DNA of 64,000 nucleotides from contig DAHE01000043.1 in the NCBI GenBank assembly GCA_002508315.1, positions 1,228-65,227 of the forward strand. The letters run 5' to 3'. The stretch comes from Thermocladium sp. UBA166. GTDB taxonomy: Archaea; Thermoproteota; Thermoprotei; Thermoproteales; Thermocladiaceae. Shown here in pieces: positions 30,100 through 39,975 of the stretch. The stretch's first letter is position 1, and every line of letters begins with the position of its first letter. The position numbers and the translations under genes are program-made. The notes below the pieces were generated by a model. It was not told where the DNA came from. It saw only the letters and a list, made by a program, of their open reading frames with translations, and ran no database searches.

Positions 30100-32145
30100 A
30101 TGCATAATAGACTGAACTTGATACTGGCGTCCGTTATAGCAATACATGTAGTGGCCATGCTATATAGACCAATGATATTGGCGATTTTACCCCTATTGGC
30201 GGCAACGGGAAGTTACTCGCTACCCCTGTTGCTTGGTCTCTTCGATGGGAAGGCGATGCCGTTATCCACGATAAAGAATGACTATGTATACGACGTGGGC
30301 AGCGGCGTGATAAATGTGTTCTATTTTCTGGAGCCATTATTCAATTCAAGTAGAATGAGCGGGAAAAGCTATGCCGCGCTAATCACGGAATTGATTCAGA
30401 GGCTACAATTGGATGACAATGTCCTAGTTTCGTTCATTGTCATGGGAGGCAAGATCATGGTTCGCATAGGGTTGAAAATCGCTGTAGATGATATGGCAAT
30501 TGCGCGGGCCAGGTTCCTGTCGATTGAGAGGATATTGGGGGAGTACTTCGTGGTAAGGAAGCGATTGGATAATGCGGACTTGAGGGAATTTTACGGCATG
30601 AGGGGTATAAAGTTAACTGTGAAGCATTCCGCATTGGTTGCAGCATCGTTGATGTACTTCGCCATATACGGCGTACCTGGACTATTGATGATTGCCTCGG
30701 TAGCATCATTCTTCATTTATGGCATATATAGAGGTAAGTGGGTGTCCTCTGATCTTCCTTTCAATTATGCGATGAAATCTAACGACAACGCGTTCAAGGA
30801 TATAGACGACGACTCGCTGCGAGCGCTCTCCTTGGCTCGTAATGGAATTGATTCGTACTGCGTCATGTTTCAAGGAAACCCAGATCTTCAAAGCAAGGCT
30901 AGGAAAATGTATCATAAGGCAAATGAAGGAAATGTGGTTAGGGAGATGGGGAAGTACTACTTCGATGCGATCAAGTGGAGGAATGTAATAAATAGAATTA
31001 ACTCGGGCGAGTTACCTATAAAGCTGCTCGTCCTCTCCGCATCACCGATGGGCCCCGGATACACTCGCCGCTTGCCAGCCCCTTATCTATTCGCTAGGCC
31101 GGCGGAGTTCATGAGCGACGGCTTGAGCAGGGACCTCATGATATACTTACCGTTTAGGGCTGCAGAGGAGTCAGGCAGTGGCTCAATACGGATAGGCAGG
31201 GATAGGCAGGGCAATCCCATCAATGTGGACATGGATTTATTGCCTAACATGCATGGGCTCATAGTGGGACCCACCGGAATGGGGAAGACATGGACCATGA
31301 AGACCCTCCTCGCTAGACTTATGTCGAGAAATATAATACCTATAGTGGTGGATCCCCACGGCGAGTACGCCAGCGTGAGGGGCATTAAGGAGATCGACGT
31401 CACTAGGCAAATGATAAACATGTTCGATTTAGGCGGCGTTACAAGGACCGAGAGAATTAGCAGGATAGCTGAGGGCATTTCCCTCTCCTTCCAAGTCAAT
31501 TCAATTGGAGAGATAATAGAGGACTTGGAGCTGGCATACGCTGGAGGCGAGATCAAGGATAACAAGGATGGAATTAAGAGGCTGATGGCTGTGTCCCAGG
31601 ACGCTAGGTTGATTAATGTGTATGAACGCATAGGCGAGGCGATAGAGGGATCCGAATCAACGGGGCTGGACGATATAGTATCGGCCCCAGCAGCAATAAC
31701 GTTCAGGGGAGTGGCGGCTAGCCCCGACGTAACTAGGTTCCTTATGCTGCAGTGGATCGACCATATATATGGTTATATATTGAGCAGAAACGCGGGGAGA
31801 AGGAGATTATTGGTGATAGATGAAGCGTACTACGTCCTGTCCAATAGGTTGATGGAGCTTTACGTGAGGGGAACCAGGAAGTTCGGCCTGGGCATTTTCC
31901 TTATAACGCAGGAACTGGGTGATATATCGCCTGAGGCGGTCCAGAATATTCCATTCAATATATTGCTAGCCGGCCCCGATCCCTACGTCGCCTCCATTGC
32001 ATCCATTTATAACCTAAGCGAGGAGGACATTCGTTGGCTAACCCAGGCCCTGCCTCCCCAGACATTGGGTGGAGCAGCCAGGGCAATGCTGATCAGAGGT
32101 CCGTTAAAAGATCATGTAATGATAGACCTAGAGAAGAATCAATAG
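30100..32145 (+). CDS. Membrane-anchored VirB4/HerA-like ATPase (TedB/CedB-like)
   Basis: N-terminal TM segments; HGLIVGPTGMGKT, VVDPHGEY, LLVIDEAY, RKFGLGIFLITQ. Confidence 0.8.
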   Translation: MHNRLNLILASVIAIHVVAMLYRPMILAILPLLAATGSYSLPLLLGLFDGKAMPLSTIKNDYVYDVGSGVINVFYFLEPLFNSSRMSGKSYAALITELIQRLQLDDNVLVSFIVMGGKIMVRIGLKIAVDDMAIARARFLSIERILGEYFVVRKRLDNADLREFYGMRGIKLTVKHSALVAASLMYFAIYGVPGLLMIASVASFFIYGIYRGKWVSSDLPFNYAMKSNDNAFKDIDDDSLRALSLARNGIDSYCVMFQGNPDLQSKARKMYHKANEGNVVREMGKYYFDAIKWRNVINRINSGELPIKLLVLSASPMGPGYTRRLPAPYLFARPAEFMSDGLSRDLMIYLPFRAAEESGSGSIRIGRDRQGNPINVDMDLLPNMHGLIVGPTGMGKTWTMKTLLARLMSRNIIPIVVDPHGEYASVRGIKEIDVTRQMINMFDLGGVTRTERISRIAEGISLSFQVNSIGEIIEDLELAYAGGEIKDNKDGIKRLMAVSQDARLINVYERIGEAIEGSESTGLDDIVSAPAAITFRGVAASPDVTRFLMLQWIDHIYGYILSRNAGRRRLLVIDEAYYVLSNRLMELYVRGTRKFGLGIFLITQELGDISPEAVQNIPFNILLAGPDPYVASIASIYNLSEEDIRWLTQALPPQTLGGAARAMLIRGPLKDHVMIDLEKNQ

Positions 32146-32335
32146 TTGTAGATCCCATGCTTTTAAGTTGCGCTAATCCACAAATTCAATTTACTAGTCA
32201 ATCCATTACTTCCCTAATGGAATCGGATCAGCTTGGAAGCGATTGATCGGTCCTCCCTGTAAGGGAAACTTCTTCCTTGTGGGGAATGGCGTCTAGGGCG
32301 ATGATTGATTCGGCCCTACAATGGTTCCCGTTCCA

Positions 32336-32350
32336 CGAAAGGGTTAATAC
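32336..32350 (+). promoter_or_regulatory. BRE+TATA promoter of the pilin-like gene
   Basis: GAAAGGGTTAATA about 22 nt upstream of ATG 32371. Confidence 0.45.
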
Positions 32351-32370
32351 CGCTGTTCTGCCTTGATCCA

Positions 32371-32823
32371 ATGATATGGAGAATCGTCGCCGCCATCCTA
32401 GTGATGGCTTTATCGGCGGCCCTCCTGGCTCATGCCAGTGGGAACTACACTGGGAACTCGACCGGAATAAATCCTCAATCCATAGAGAACAACTTGATAA
32501 CGCCGTTTTTGAGCGATGCGTTTAACGTGATTTCAATAATAGGGGGGCTCAGCATGTGGATGTTGATATTGGCTGGCATATATAAGATATTCGAGTCTAA
32601 GTTAAGCATGACGTCGTGGGGTAGGATGAGCGGTCTTTACGAGGCCATAAATAATTTTAAATGGATATTCATTGGAATAGCCACCTTCTATGTATTGATG
32701 TATGTCATTTTTTACGTTGCGAATGGATTGGGAGCCAATGTGAATCCAGGCGCGGAGTCCTTATTAATGATTAGAAAATTATTGATATCCCCCTTCATTC
32801 AATTAGCAAGCCATGCAACTTAA
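32371..32823 (+). CDS. Small secreted two-TM protein, VirB2-like pilin candidate (TedC/CedA1-like)
   Basis: Signal peptide ending AHA, two hydrophobic helices separated by a basic loop; lies between the VirB4-like ATPase and a large membrane protein. Confidence 0.6.
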   Translation: MIWRIVAAILVMALSAALLAHASGNYTGNSTGINPQSIENNLITPFLSDAFNVISIIGGLSMWMLILAGIYKIFESKLSMTSWGRMSGLYEAINNFKWIFIGIATFYVLMYVIFYVANGLGANVNPGAESLLMIRKLLISPFIQLASHAT

Positions 32824-35554
32824 TGAATTAGCCTTGTCGCTGGAGGCGGCTTCAGTAATAGTAATTGGATTCTGGAGGCGTAGAATTAAGCTGCGGGAGG
32901 CGCTGCTCGTCGTGGCTTCATGCATATTCTTCATATCGCTGCCTCTCTTGATGAACGGATCCCCAATGAGCGCTGGGTCAGCGTTTGAGCTGTCTGAGAT
33001 CCGAGATTCTTGGCTGGCCATGTATAGATCATCCATCGCTGCTGGATTGACGTTATCGACGGTGCTGACAGCCAGAAACATAATAGCCATAGTGGTGCTC
33101 GCCGGCGCTAACGTTCCATCCCAGCAATACTACTATGGATTGGAGGCGTTGGGCAAGTTCCTGGATCCCTTATCGTTCATAGTATATACATCCATGCATT
33201 TAAGTCAAGTAATGCTGGCCATATTTAACACCATCGTAGAGGTTGTCAGAATATCGGCTTACTGCGGCCAGTGCATCATGGCACTATCGCTTCCCCTGAT
33301 AATTATAGGAAAAACCAGATCGTTTGGGCTCTCGCTGCTGATAATCGCCGTAGTTATGGGGTTCGTGGCGAGCACTGCAGCCGCCTCGGTGTACGGTCTC
33401 AAGCCCCCCTCAATGCGCTTCCCCGCGCAATTGCCTTCATCGCCCATGGACCTCCTATACGCGACGGGGTATTCTGGTTGGTTGATCACGGGATACGTGG
33501 GCAGGCAAGGGTTCGCATTGATTACCCCCACCTCTGCCTCCCCCGTGCCCAGCGGAGAATTAGCGGTAAATGGCACGTATTACCTATGGTTGAATATAAG
33601 GGTCTCCCCCGCCATAAATCAATCCAATGGAGTGTATGAGATCGAGGTTGGCCCTCCCCCATTTCACGTTATAAGAAATGACAGTTACGCCGTGGGGGCA
33701 TGGATGTGGCTCAACTCATCCCCTCCCTCGCGTTACTACATCCAAAACGGTAATGGGTATACTGAATTGAAATGGACGGAGAGGCTCGCCCCAAACGAGA
33801 CCGTGGAGAACACGTTATGGACTTACTCAAGAAATGTATCGATAAAAGGATGCAATTACACAACCTCAACCAGAGCCATCTACGAGGAGGCCAATCTAGG
33901 CCGGTACATAGCGGAATTAGCTAGGCTATACGATTACATAGCGCGCCAACTAGGGGTGGATTCGATCAGTGAGCCTCCACGCCCAGCCCCGCCCAGCGAC
34001 TTAACTCAACGCGTGGTGACCATAACGTGCTCCAACGAGGGAAACGAGGATCTCACGTACTCCATCAGCGCAGTGATATACGGTACTGGCCTGGGGGGCT
34101 GGGGCGATTGGGGCATTGGGCCCAAGATGATAGGCATTGCATACACGAGTGAGTTGATGAGCTATTATGATGCAGTTAATAGCGATTATTTGGTGAGTGC
34201 AATCAATGAAATAAAGGCATTACCCAACATATTCGGCGTATTCGTGGTCAGGATAATAGTCTTGTCAGCAATCATATTCGGCGCAGCCAATGCGTTGGCA
34301 TTCATACTTGGATTACCCACGGGATTCAACTCATTGATGTACGCGTTAATAAATGGCATAGTCTATGAATTATCCGTTATATTCTTGTTCAAGCCATCAT
34401 ATGGCTCCACATCGATAGCTAGGAGGGTAGCCAAGAAAATAACGGGCAGTAGCCTCATGGTGCCTGGGACCAGGAAATCATCACTGCTCATGTCGAGGGC
34501 TAGAAAGGGAGAGCTGCATCAATACGTGCCGCGATACATGCTGAGGCGCCGGATCGTGGATGCCACGACGCTGACTTTAATTCACGATGGCTTGACGAGT
34601 CGAGTTAAGCGAACGCCGAAGGTTGAGGCAGGGACGATAGGCGAGACCACCGCTAGGTATATCGCGTGGGCCATGAGGAAGAGGGGCCCCAGCGGCGTCA
34701 GATTTACCAACGACGTGTATTCTTACAAGTACTTAACTCAATCATCGATAGCCGTGTTGAGGAGCGATAAATTGCTCGCCAGGTTCATTCGGTACTCAAT
34801 AGCATTGAGGATAAGCGAATTACACGAGCGAGACATATACCTGCTCCACTCCGCCTCGCTTGCTAAGTCAGGCAACGCACGGGCCATGGAAGAACTCCGA
34901 AAGGCCGGCGTTGTAGTGAATGGAACCATAGACGCGGTTAAGATAAATAGAATTAAGGAGGACCTAGCCCGCAGGTATAATTGGTTGGGGGATCTATACT
35001 CCGGCAAGGCCCTGGCTAAGTCCCCAAGGGATCCAGTGCTACGCGAATTAGTGAGTGACTACGTGGCAATTCATAGGCGGAGAACCGCCACCGTCCTTCA
35101 AATGTCGGTTAGGCTCAAGGTAACCCCACTGACCGCGGTGATGCTGAGCCTGGGGCCCCGCTCTATTAAGGTATCGAGAAGCGGGCAACATGATGAACAC
35201 CACGATAAGTTGGTAAACGGCGATGCGGTTCGTGATTACGTAGCGATGGGGCGAGAAGCGGCCAGGGTGTTCCTTCGCCGATCGCGAACAATGGAGGATG
35301 ATCTATTAAGCGATGCTCGCTTCTCTTCACTATACGTGAAGCCGGCAATTAATTTCCTGGAGTCGTATAGGTCATACTTGGTTGGCGCGCTTAACGATAT
35401 GGGGCTCCCCGGATCCACTGTTCATCAATTCATAATAGAGCTAAGGACGGGACCCGTAGGGGACGCGGAGAAGGCGGTGGAGTTGATATCAGAGTTGAGG
35501 AGAGTTGATCAAATGATTAAGTCATTGAGGCCCAGAAAACGAAGCCATGGCTAG
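32813..35554 (+). CDS. Large polytopic membrane protein (VirB6/TedA/CedA-like channel candidate)
   Basis: About 6 N-terminal TMs, a sequon-rich extracellular domain, 2-3 further TMs and a long basic cytoplasmic tail; overlaps the pilin stop. Confidence 0.6.
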   Translation: MQLNELALSLEAASVIVIGFWRRRIKLREALLVVASCIFFISLPLLMNGSPMSAGSAFELSEIRDSWLAMYRSSIAAGLTLSTVLTARNIIAIVVLAGANVPSQQYYYGLEALGKFLDPLSFIVYTSMHLSQVMLAIFNTIVEVVRISAYCGQCIMALSLPLIIIGKTRSFGLSLLIIAVVMGFVASTAAASVYGLKPPSMRFPAQLPSSPMDLLYATGYSGWLITGYVGRQGFALITPTSASPVPSGELAVNGTYYLWLNIRVSPAINQSNGVYEIEVGPPPFHVIRNDSYAVGAWMWLNSSPPSRYYIQNGNGYTELKWTERLAPNETVENTLWTYSRNVSIKGCNYTTSTRAIYEEANLGRYIAELARLYDYIARQLGVDSISEPPRPAPPSDLTQRVVTITCSNEGNEDLTYSISAVIYGTGLGGWGDWGIGPKMIGIAYTSELMSYYDAVNSDYLVSAINEIKALPNIFGVFVVRIIVLSAIIFGAANALAFILGLPTGFNSLMYALINGIVYELSVIFLFKPSYGSTSIARRVAKKITGSSLMVPGTRKSSLLMSRARKGELHQYVPRYMLRRRIVDATTLTLIHDGLTSRVKRTPKVEAGTIGETTARYIAWAMRKRGPSGVRFTNDVYSYKYLTQSSIAVLRSDKLLARFIRYSIALRISELHERDIYLLHSASLAKSGNARAMEELRKAGVVVNGTIDAVKINRIKEDLARRYNWLGDLYSGKALAKSPRDPVLRELVSDYVAIHRRRTATVLQMSVRLKVTPLTAVMLSLGPRSIKVSRSGQHDEHHDKLVNGDAVRDYVAMGREAARVFLRRSRTMEDDLLSDARFSSLYVKPAINFLESYRSYLVGALNDMGLPGSTVHQFIIELRTGPVGDAEKAVELISELRRVDQMIKSLRPRKRSHG

Positions 35555-35819
35555 CAATTAAGCCTTGGATTCCGGTTTTGGAGAGGTGAATTAAGCTCCC
35601 CATGACCTACCCAAGCGTGGACTTGCCTTGATCAATGGATGGCCGAGCCCCGGTTAAACGTGCTTCAATGATTTGACGGCTTCGGTGAGGCCCATGGATT
35701 GAGCATCCATGTATAATTGCATCATAGTTTTTACGCATTGAGATCTCACGAGGCGTGGGCTCGTTAGCTTGCCTGGTCGTGAATGAAATGTTTAAATGAG
35801 GGGGTTAGGCGATCGATTC

Positions 35820-36296
35820 ATGCCTCTAAAAGTAGGTGACCAAGCGCCTAATTTCGAGTTGTTGGATACGGATCTAAAGAAAGTCAATCTATACGACGTG
35901 CTCGGGAGGGGGCAGTACGTTGTTCTGCTCTTCTTCCCGGGCGCTTTCACGAGCGTGTGCACTAAGGAGCTGTGCACGTTCAGGGATAGCATGTTTAAGC
36001 TGGAGAAGGCTAAGGCCAACGTAATAGCGGTCTCAGTGGATTCGCCGTTTGCATTGAAGGCCTTTAAGGAGCAGAACAAGTTGAACTTCACCTTGGCGTC
36101 GGACTTCAATAAAACCGTGATAGCCGACTATGATGAGGTGCTGCCCAACTTATTGGGCCTTAAGTACTTGGCGAAGAGGGCGGTCTATATAATAGCGCCG
36201 GACCATACCATAAAGTACGTGTGGCACTCAGATGATCCAGGCAAGGAACCGCCGTACGATGAAGTAGTTCAAACAGTAAACAAGCTAGCATCTTAG
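35820..36296 (+). CDS. Peroxiredoxin (Bcp/PrxQ-AhpE type)
   Basis: VGDQAPNF, FFPGAFTSVCTKELC, KRAVYII. Confidence 0.9.
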   Translation: MPLKVGDQAPNFELLDTDLKKVNLYDVLGRGQYVVLLFFPGAFTSVCTKELCTFRDSMFKLEKAKANVIAVSVDSPFALKAFKEQNKLNFTLASDFNKTVIADYDEVLPNLLGLKYLAKRAVYIIAPDHTIKYVWHSDDPGKEPPYDEVVQTVNKLAS

Positions 36297-36320
36297 TTTA
36301 AGAGGAAGCCGGAGGGGGGC

Positions 36321-37370
36321 TTAACTCAATATCCTTTGAATTACGTCGGCGGTCTTCAACCCCGTCCCCGTTACTATATGCACCATGCCTGGAGCCGGCT
36401 TTACCATGAACACCACCGCTGAGGTGGGCTCCACGATGAGTCCAAGGGAGGCGGCGATCCTGAGTCCAGCGATCACATCATTATCCCCAGCCACCCTTAT
36501 CTCTCCCCCGCTCTTCTTCACCGCATCGATTATTTGATCCAGCCTGGGAGGCTTTCCAACCATTATACCCTCCGGCAGCGTGGATTTGCCAATGCATTGC
36601 TGCCCCGTTAACTCGGAGAAGGCTGAGCAAAAACCTTGAGCCTCCACCGCTATGAATCTGGGCATGTCCTTGATCAATCCCTCCACGATCATTTCCTGGA
36701 ATCCCCTATATAAGCCGAGCAGGAGCGTGCCGTTGCCCAGGGGCATCACTATGGATTCCAAGGCCTTGGCTTGATATAGTAATTCGTAGGCGATCAATTT
36801 AGTGCCCTCTAGGAAGAATGGATTCCATGAATGACCAACATAGACGCCGTCCCGATCATTCAACGCAGCCACGGCGGCCTCGGATCTATCCGCCGTTTCC
36901 ACCACCTCGGATCCAAGGAACCTCATCAAGGCTTTCTTGGCGGGGGATGCGTTGTGGGGCACGTATATCCTAGCCCTAACGCCGGCCCCTCTACTATACG
37001 CCGATAAGGAAACGCCTGCATTGCCGCTGGAGTCCTCCACCAGCATCGCGTCAATTATTGATGCGGCTATGCTCCATCCCCTATCCTTAAAAGAGCCCGT
37101 GGGGTTCAATCCCTCCATCTTGAGCTCGTATTCTCCCCGCCTTATGAGCGGCGTGTACCCCTCGCCTAAATCTACGGTTCTCTTCACTGGAAGCACCTTA
37201 ATTAATTCCCTGCTCGTTGCAGCCCTCGGCTTTTCCACGTCGAACTCAAGGTTCAGCGGGTAACCGCAGCGGGGGCACTTCCACATCCAAGTAACGGCGG
37301 AAGTAATGAAGCCGCATTTACGGCATGAATACTTTACTCCCTTTTTAACATTGATTAGGTTAAGGGGCAT
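36321..37370 (-). CDS. Threonine synthase-like PLP-dependent enzyme
   Basis: N-terminal Zn ribbon; LGEGYTPL, NPTGSFKDRG, DSSGNAG, VEPTSA, TGTGLK. Confidence 0.8.
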   Translation of the reverse strand: MPLNLINVKKGVKYSCRKCGFITSAVTWMWKCPRCGYPLNLEFDVEKPRAATSRELIKVLPVKRTVDLGEGYTPLIRRGEYELKMEGLNPTGSFKDRGWSIAASIIDAMLVEDSSGNAGVSLSAYSRGAGVRARIYVPHNASPAKKALMRFLGSEVVETADRSEAAVAALNDRDGVYVGHSWNPFFLEGTKLIAYELLYQAKALESIVMPLGNGTLLLGLYRGFQEMIVEGLIKDMPRFIAVEAQGFCSAFSELTGQQCIGKSTLPEGIMVGKPPRLDQIIDAVKKSGGEIRVAGDNDVIAGLRIAASLGLIVEPTSAVVFMVKPAPGMVHIVTGTGLKTADVIQRILS

Positions 37371-37503
37371 ATGATCCTCAATTCAAGCTGCTCCACTTTA
37401 AAAATATGGGTTCATGGAGCCCTCCTTTTTGGAGGAACATTATTAGGTCGATCTGTGATGTTATACAATATCGGCAAGACACCTATAGCGTGAGTGTATT
37501 GCG

Positions 37504-38865
37504 TCACTTTAAGAAGTAATTCTCATAGTCCTTCACGTACCTGACGCTTTCCTTGACGCCAAGGAACAGTTTCTTAACATACTCAACGTCGTCCTTGGAG
37601 ATGCTTTTCCTTCCCGTCTCGCTGGCCTTGAGTTGAGTTGGTGCTAGTAATTGTATTGAATATCTAAGGCTCTCCTCCACGCCTAGCTTTGTCAATTCCT
37701 CCAATGCCTCATCGCTGAGCTCCACCTTTTCCTCCCTAGCCCTGATCCTCAATATCTCCCTCACCTCCTCCGCATTGTAGGGCCTCGTCCTAATTATCAC
37801 CAGCCTATCAAGCATGTCCAGGGGAACGCCGTGAGGGCTCTCTATGTCGGTGCCCCTTATCTTGGTTAAGCCCCTATTCGTAGCCATTATTATTATTGGG
37901 CTCAACTCGCTCTCCATTGCCCTGGACAAGTAAGCCCACGTCTCTACGTCCAACATGTGAACGTCATCTATGAACAAGACGCCGGGGATTAGCTCCCCCT
38001 TTCCATCACTTATCAACTTCATAACGAACTCATCAACCGATTTCCTAACCTCGCTCGGTATCTCCCTCTCCTCGCTTGCGAATCCGAACAGCATAGCCCC
38101 AACTAATCCCTGCTGCCTAGCTTGGTATACATCCAAGTCGTTTAACGTGAAGAACCTGGTTATCTCCCGCTCCTTGTACACGGGCCCGCTCGGCGCATCG
38201 ATCTTCCTCTTGATGCTTACATCATACTGCCCCTCACCCCCCGCTTCCTCCCTGCCCTCCACGAATACTCTTCCCGTTTCCTCGTCTATCATTATCACAT
38301 CCCCCTCCTCCACGCCCATCTCTATCAACTGCTCAGCTATCTCCGCGGATACCCTGAGCCTTTTCTCCTCATCCTTGGTCTTTAAGGTGATGGCGGCTCC
38401 CCGCGGTATTTGAGAGTATGGATTATATGGATGCTTCCCCAACTGGTAATCCATTCCCTTCACAACGCCCTCATACACCCTCCTCCACTCCCTAATCCTA
38501 ACGCCTATAGCCCTCCTCAATGCCCTCGTCAGGAACTCAGTCTTCTTTATCTCCATGCTGTACACCTCTGCGCCGCTCATTTGAACGAAGGGAGTGTCGG
38601 AGCCTAATTCCCTGGCTATTCCGATTGCCAACGCCGTCTTCCCCGTTCCCGGAGGTCCCACTATCAGCACAGCTTTTCCGCCGAACTTGCCGCTCTTTAT
38701 CATTTTGACCACGTAGTAGGCTGCCTCCCTCGCCTCGGATTGGCCGACGAATCCATCCGCATTGAATTGCACCTTTCCATCCCTTATGCCCAACCCCTTT
38801 ATATGGCTGTGCAGGCCCACCCTTTCAAACGAAGACTTGACCTCCTCTACCCTTATCTGCGACAT
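37504..38865 (-). CDS. TIP49/RuvB-like AAA+ ATPase (TBP-interacting protein)
   Basis: HSHIKGLG, GPPGTGKTALA, LFIDDVHMLD, ATNRG, SLRYSIQL. Confidence 0.93.
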   Translation of the reverse strand: MSQIRVEEVKSSFERVGLHSHIKGLGIRDGKVQFNADGFVGQSEAREAAYYVVKMIKSGKFGGKAVLIVGPPGTGKTALAIGIARELGSDTPFVQMSGAEVYSMEIKKTEFLTRALRRAIGVRIREWRRVYEGVVKGMDYQLGKHPYNPYSQIPRGAAITLKTKDEEKRLRVSAEIAEQLIEMGVEEGDVIMIDEETGRVFVEGREEAGGEGQYDVSIKRKIDAPSGPVYKEREITRFFTLNDLDVYQARQQGLVGAMLFGFASEEREIPSEVRKSVDEFVMKLISDGKGELIPGVLFIDDVHMLDVETWAYLSRAMESELSPIIIMATNRGLTKIRGTDIESPHGVPLDMLDRLVIIRTRPYNAEEVREILRIRAREEKVELSDEALEELTKLGVEESLRYSIQLLAPTQLKASETGRKSISKDDVEYVKKLFLGVKESVRYVKDYENYFLK

Positions 38866-39042
38866 AATGACGCGCGATTGATGGAGCCCTTTAAATACTT
38901 GATGCTATTATAGCTATGAAAGAGGCAATGAGCCTTACCCCCAAGGTAGAGAGGGCATCAGAGCCATTCAATAATTGGACCAAGCACATTTACTCCATAA
39001 GGGAGAAGTTCATTGATGTTTTGCTGCGGGGATTGGGATGCC

Positions 39043-39702
39043 TTATAGGGAGGCATCCAGTGATAACACAATGTTCTTGAACTCATGATAATCAAGCCTG
39101 CGAATGCCCCACTCCACCGATCTTATTATGCCATCTATGAAGTCCGGCCTCACGTTGATCGGAAGCTTGGCGGCTATGTTCATTGAAATGCCCGGCCTCC
39201 TCAGCATTGCAATTCCCTCCTCGTATACCTTGATAATGGCTTCTGGGCTTCCATTCACGTGGACTCCGCAACTGCCTGGAACGAAGCTCAGCAAGTCCTC
39301 AAACCGTACTCCGGGAGCTAAGTTTGCCGTCACCACCGCGCTATCCGCTGAGCCCCTCTTCAATGCTGCCATTGCATCAAGAGGATCGCTTGCTGGCAGC
39401 AGCTCTACGCCTCCCTTGGAAGCTGAGAGCGCCTTTGCTAAAATCACGGAGCTCTCTCTATTTGTGGGCACCGCTATCCGTCGTCCCATGTTCGGCGTCA
39501 ACACCATTAACCCCCTAACAGTTACATAGTCTATTCTAAGCCCTCTCTTGATTAATGACACGGTAGAATCAAAAATGGCATCTGCGTTGGTGTTATCCTT
39601 GGAAAAAGTGAGCTCCACGTCGTCTCTCTCCAGCAAATACGCCACCAATGGGTACGAGACGGGCCCCGGCGCTGCCGCTATTCGTATCTTCTCATCGTTC
39701 AC
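39043..39702 (-). CDS. DUF3834-like protein (periplasmic-binding fold)
   Basis: AAPGPVSYPL N-terminus, PGSCG motif. Confidence 0.6.
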   Translation of the reverse strand: MNDEKIRIAAAPGPVSYPLVAYLLERDDVELTFSKDNTNADAIFDSTVSLIKRGLRIDYVTVRGLMVLTPNMGRRIAVPTNRESSVILAKALSASKGGVELLPASDPLDAMAALKRGSADSAVVTANLAPGVRFEDLLSFVPGSCGVHVNGSPEAIIKVYEEGIAMLRRPGISMNIAAKLPINVRPDFIDGIIRSVEWGIRRLDYHEFKNIVLSLDASL

Positions 39703-39729
39703 GAAAATGCGGCCAGTGTAGGAATTTAA

Positions 39730-39944
39730 TCTTTTGGGGGTTAGGGGGCTGGAGTGAGCGGATGGCTCTCCATGACCAAGTTTTTATGGGAGTAGTCGCG
39801 TTTTCTTGGGTTAGCTATGAGGGCCGGGCCTACCCTCTGGGCTTGGGGGAGTAACGTCTGTGGAAGGGGGGGCTCCCTCTCACAACCTCAAGCCCCCCAC
39901 CGTGAGGCGGGGATGCCCCATTCAAGAGAACGAGGTAAGTTCAC
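39730..39944 (+). mobile_element. Non-autonomous IS200/IS605-derived element (about 215 bp): left end, internal promoter, tnpB-3'/omega-RNA-like right end
   Basis: TTTAA|TCTTTTGGGGGTTAGGGG...GAGCGGATGGCTCTCCATG..AAGTTTTTAT...GTGAGGCGGGGATGCCCC...GTAAGTTCAC; colinear with 53074-53335. Confidence 0.65.
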
Positions 39945-39975
39945 GCCAGTATCGTGTGGTACTTTTCAGTTGCGT

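Noticed and set aside
28547-35554. Integrated conjugative plasmid or provirus
   Set aside because: No integrase, relaxase, replication gene, tRNA att site or flanking direct repeats; flanked by rpoH and a peroxiredoxin
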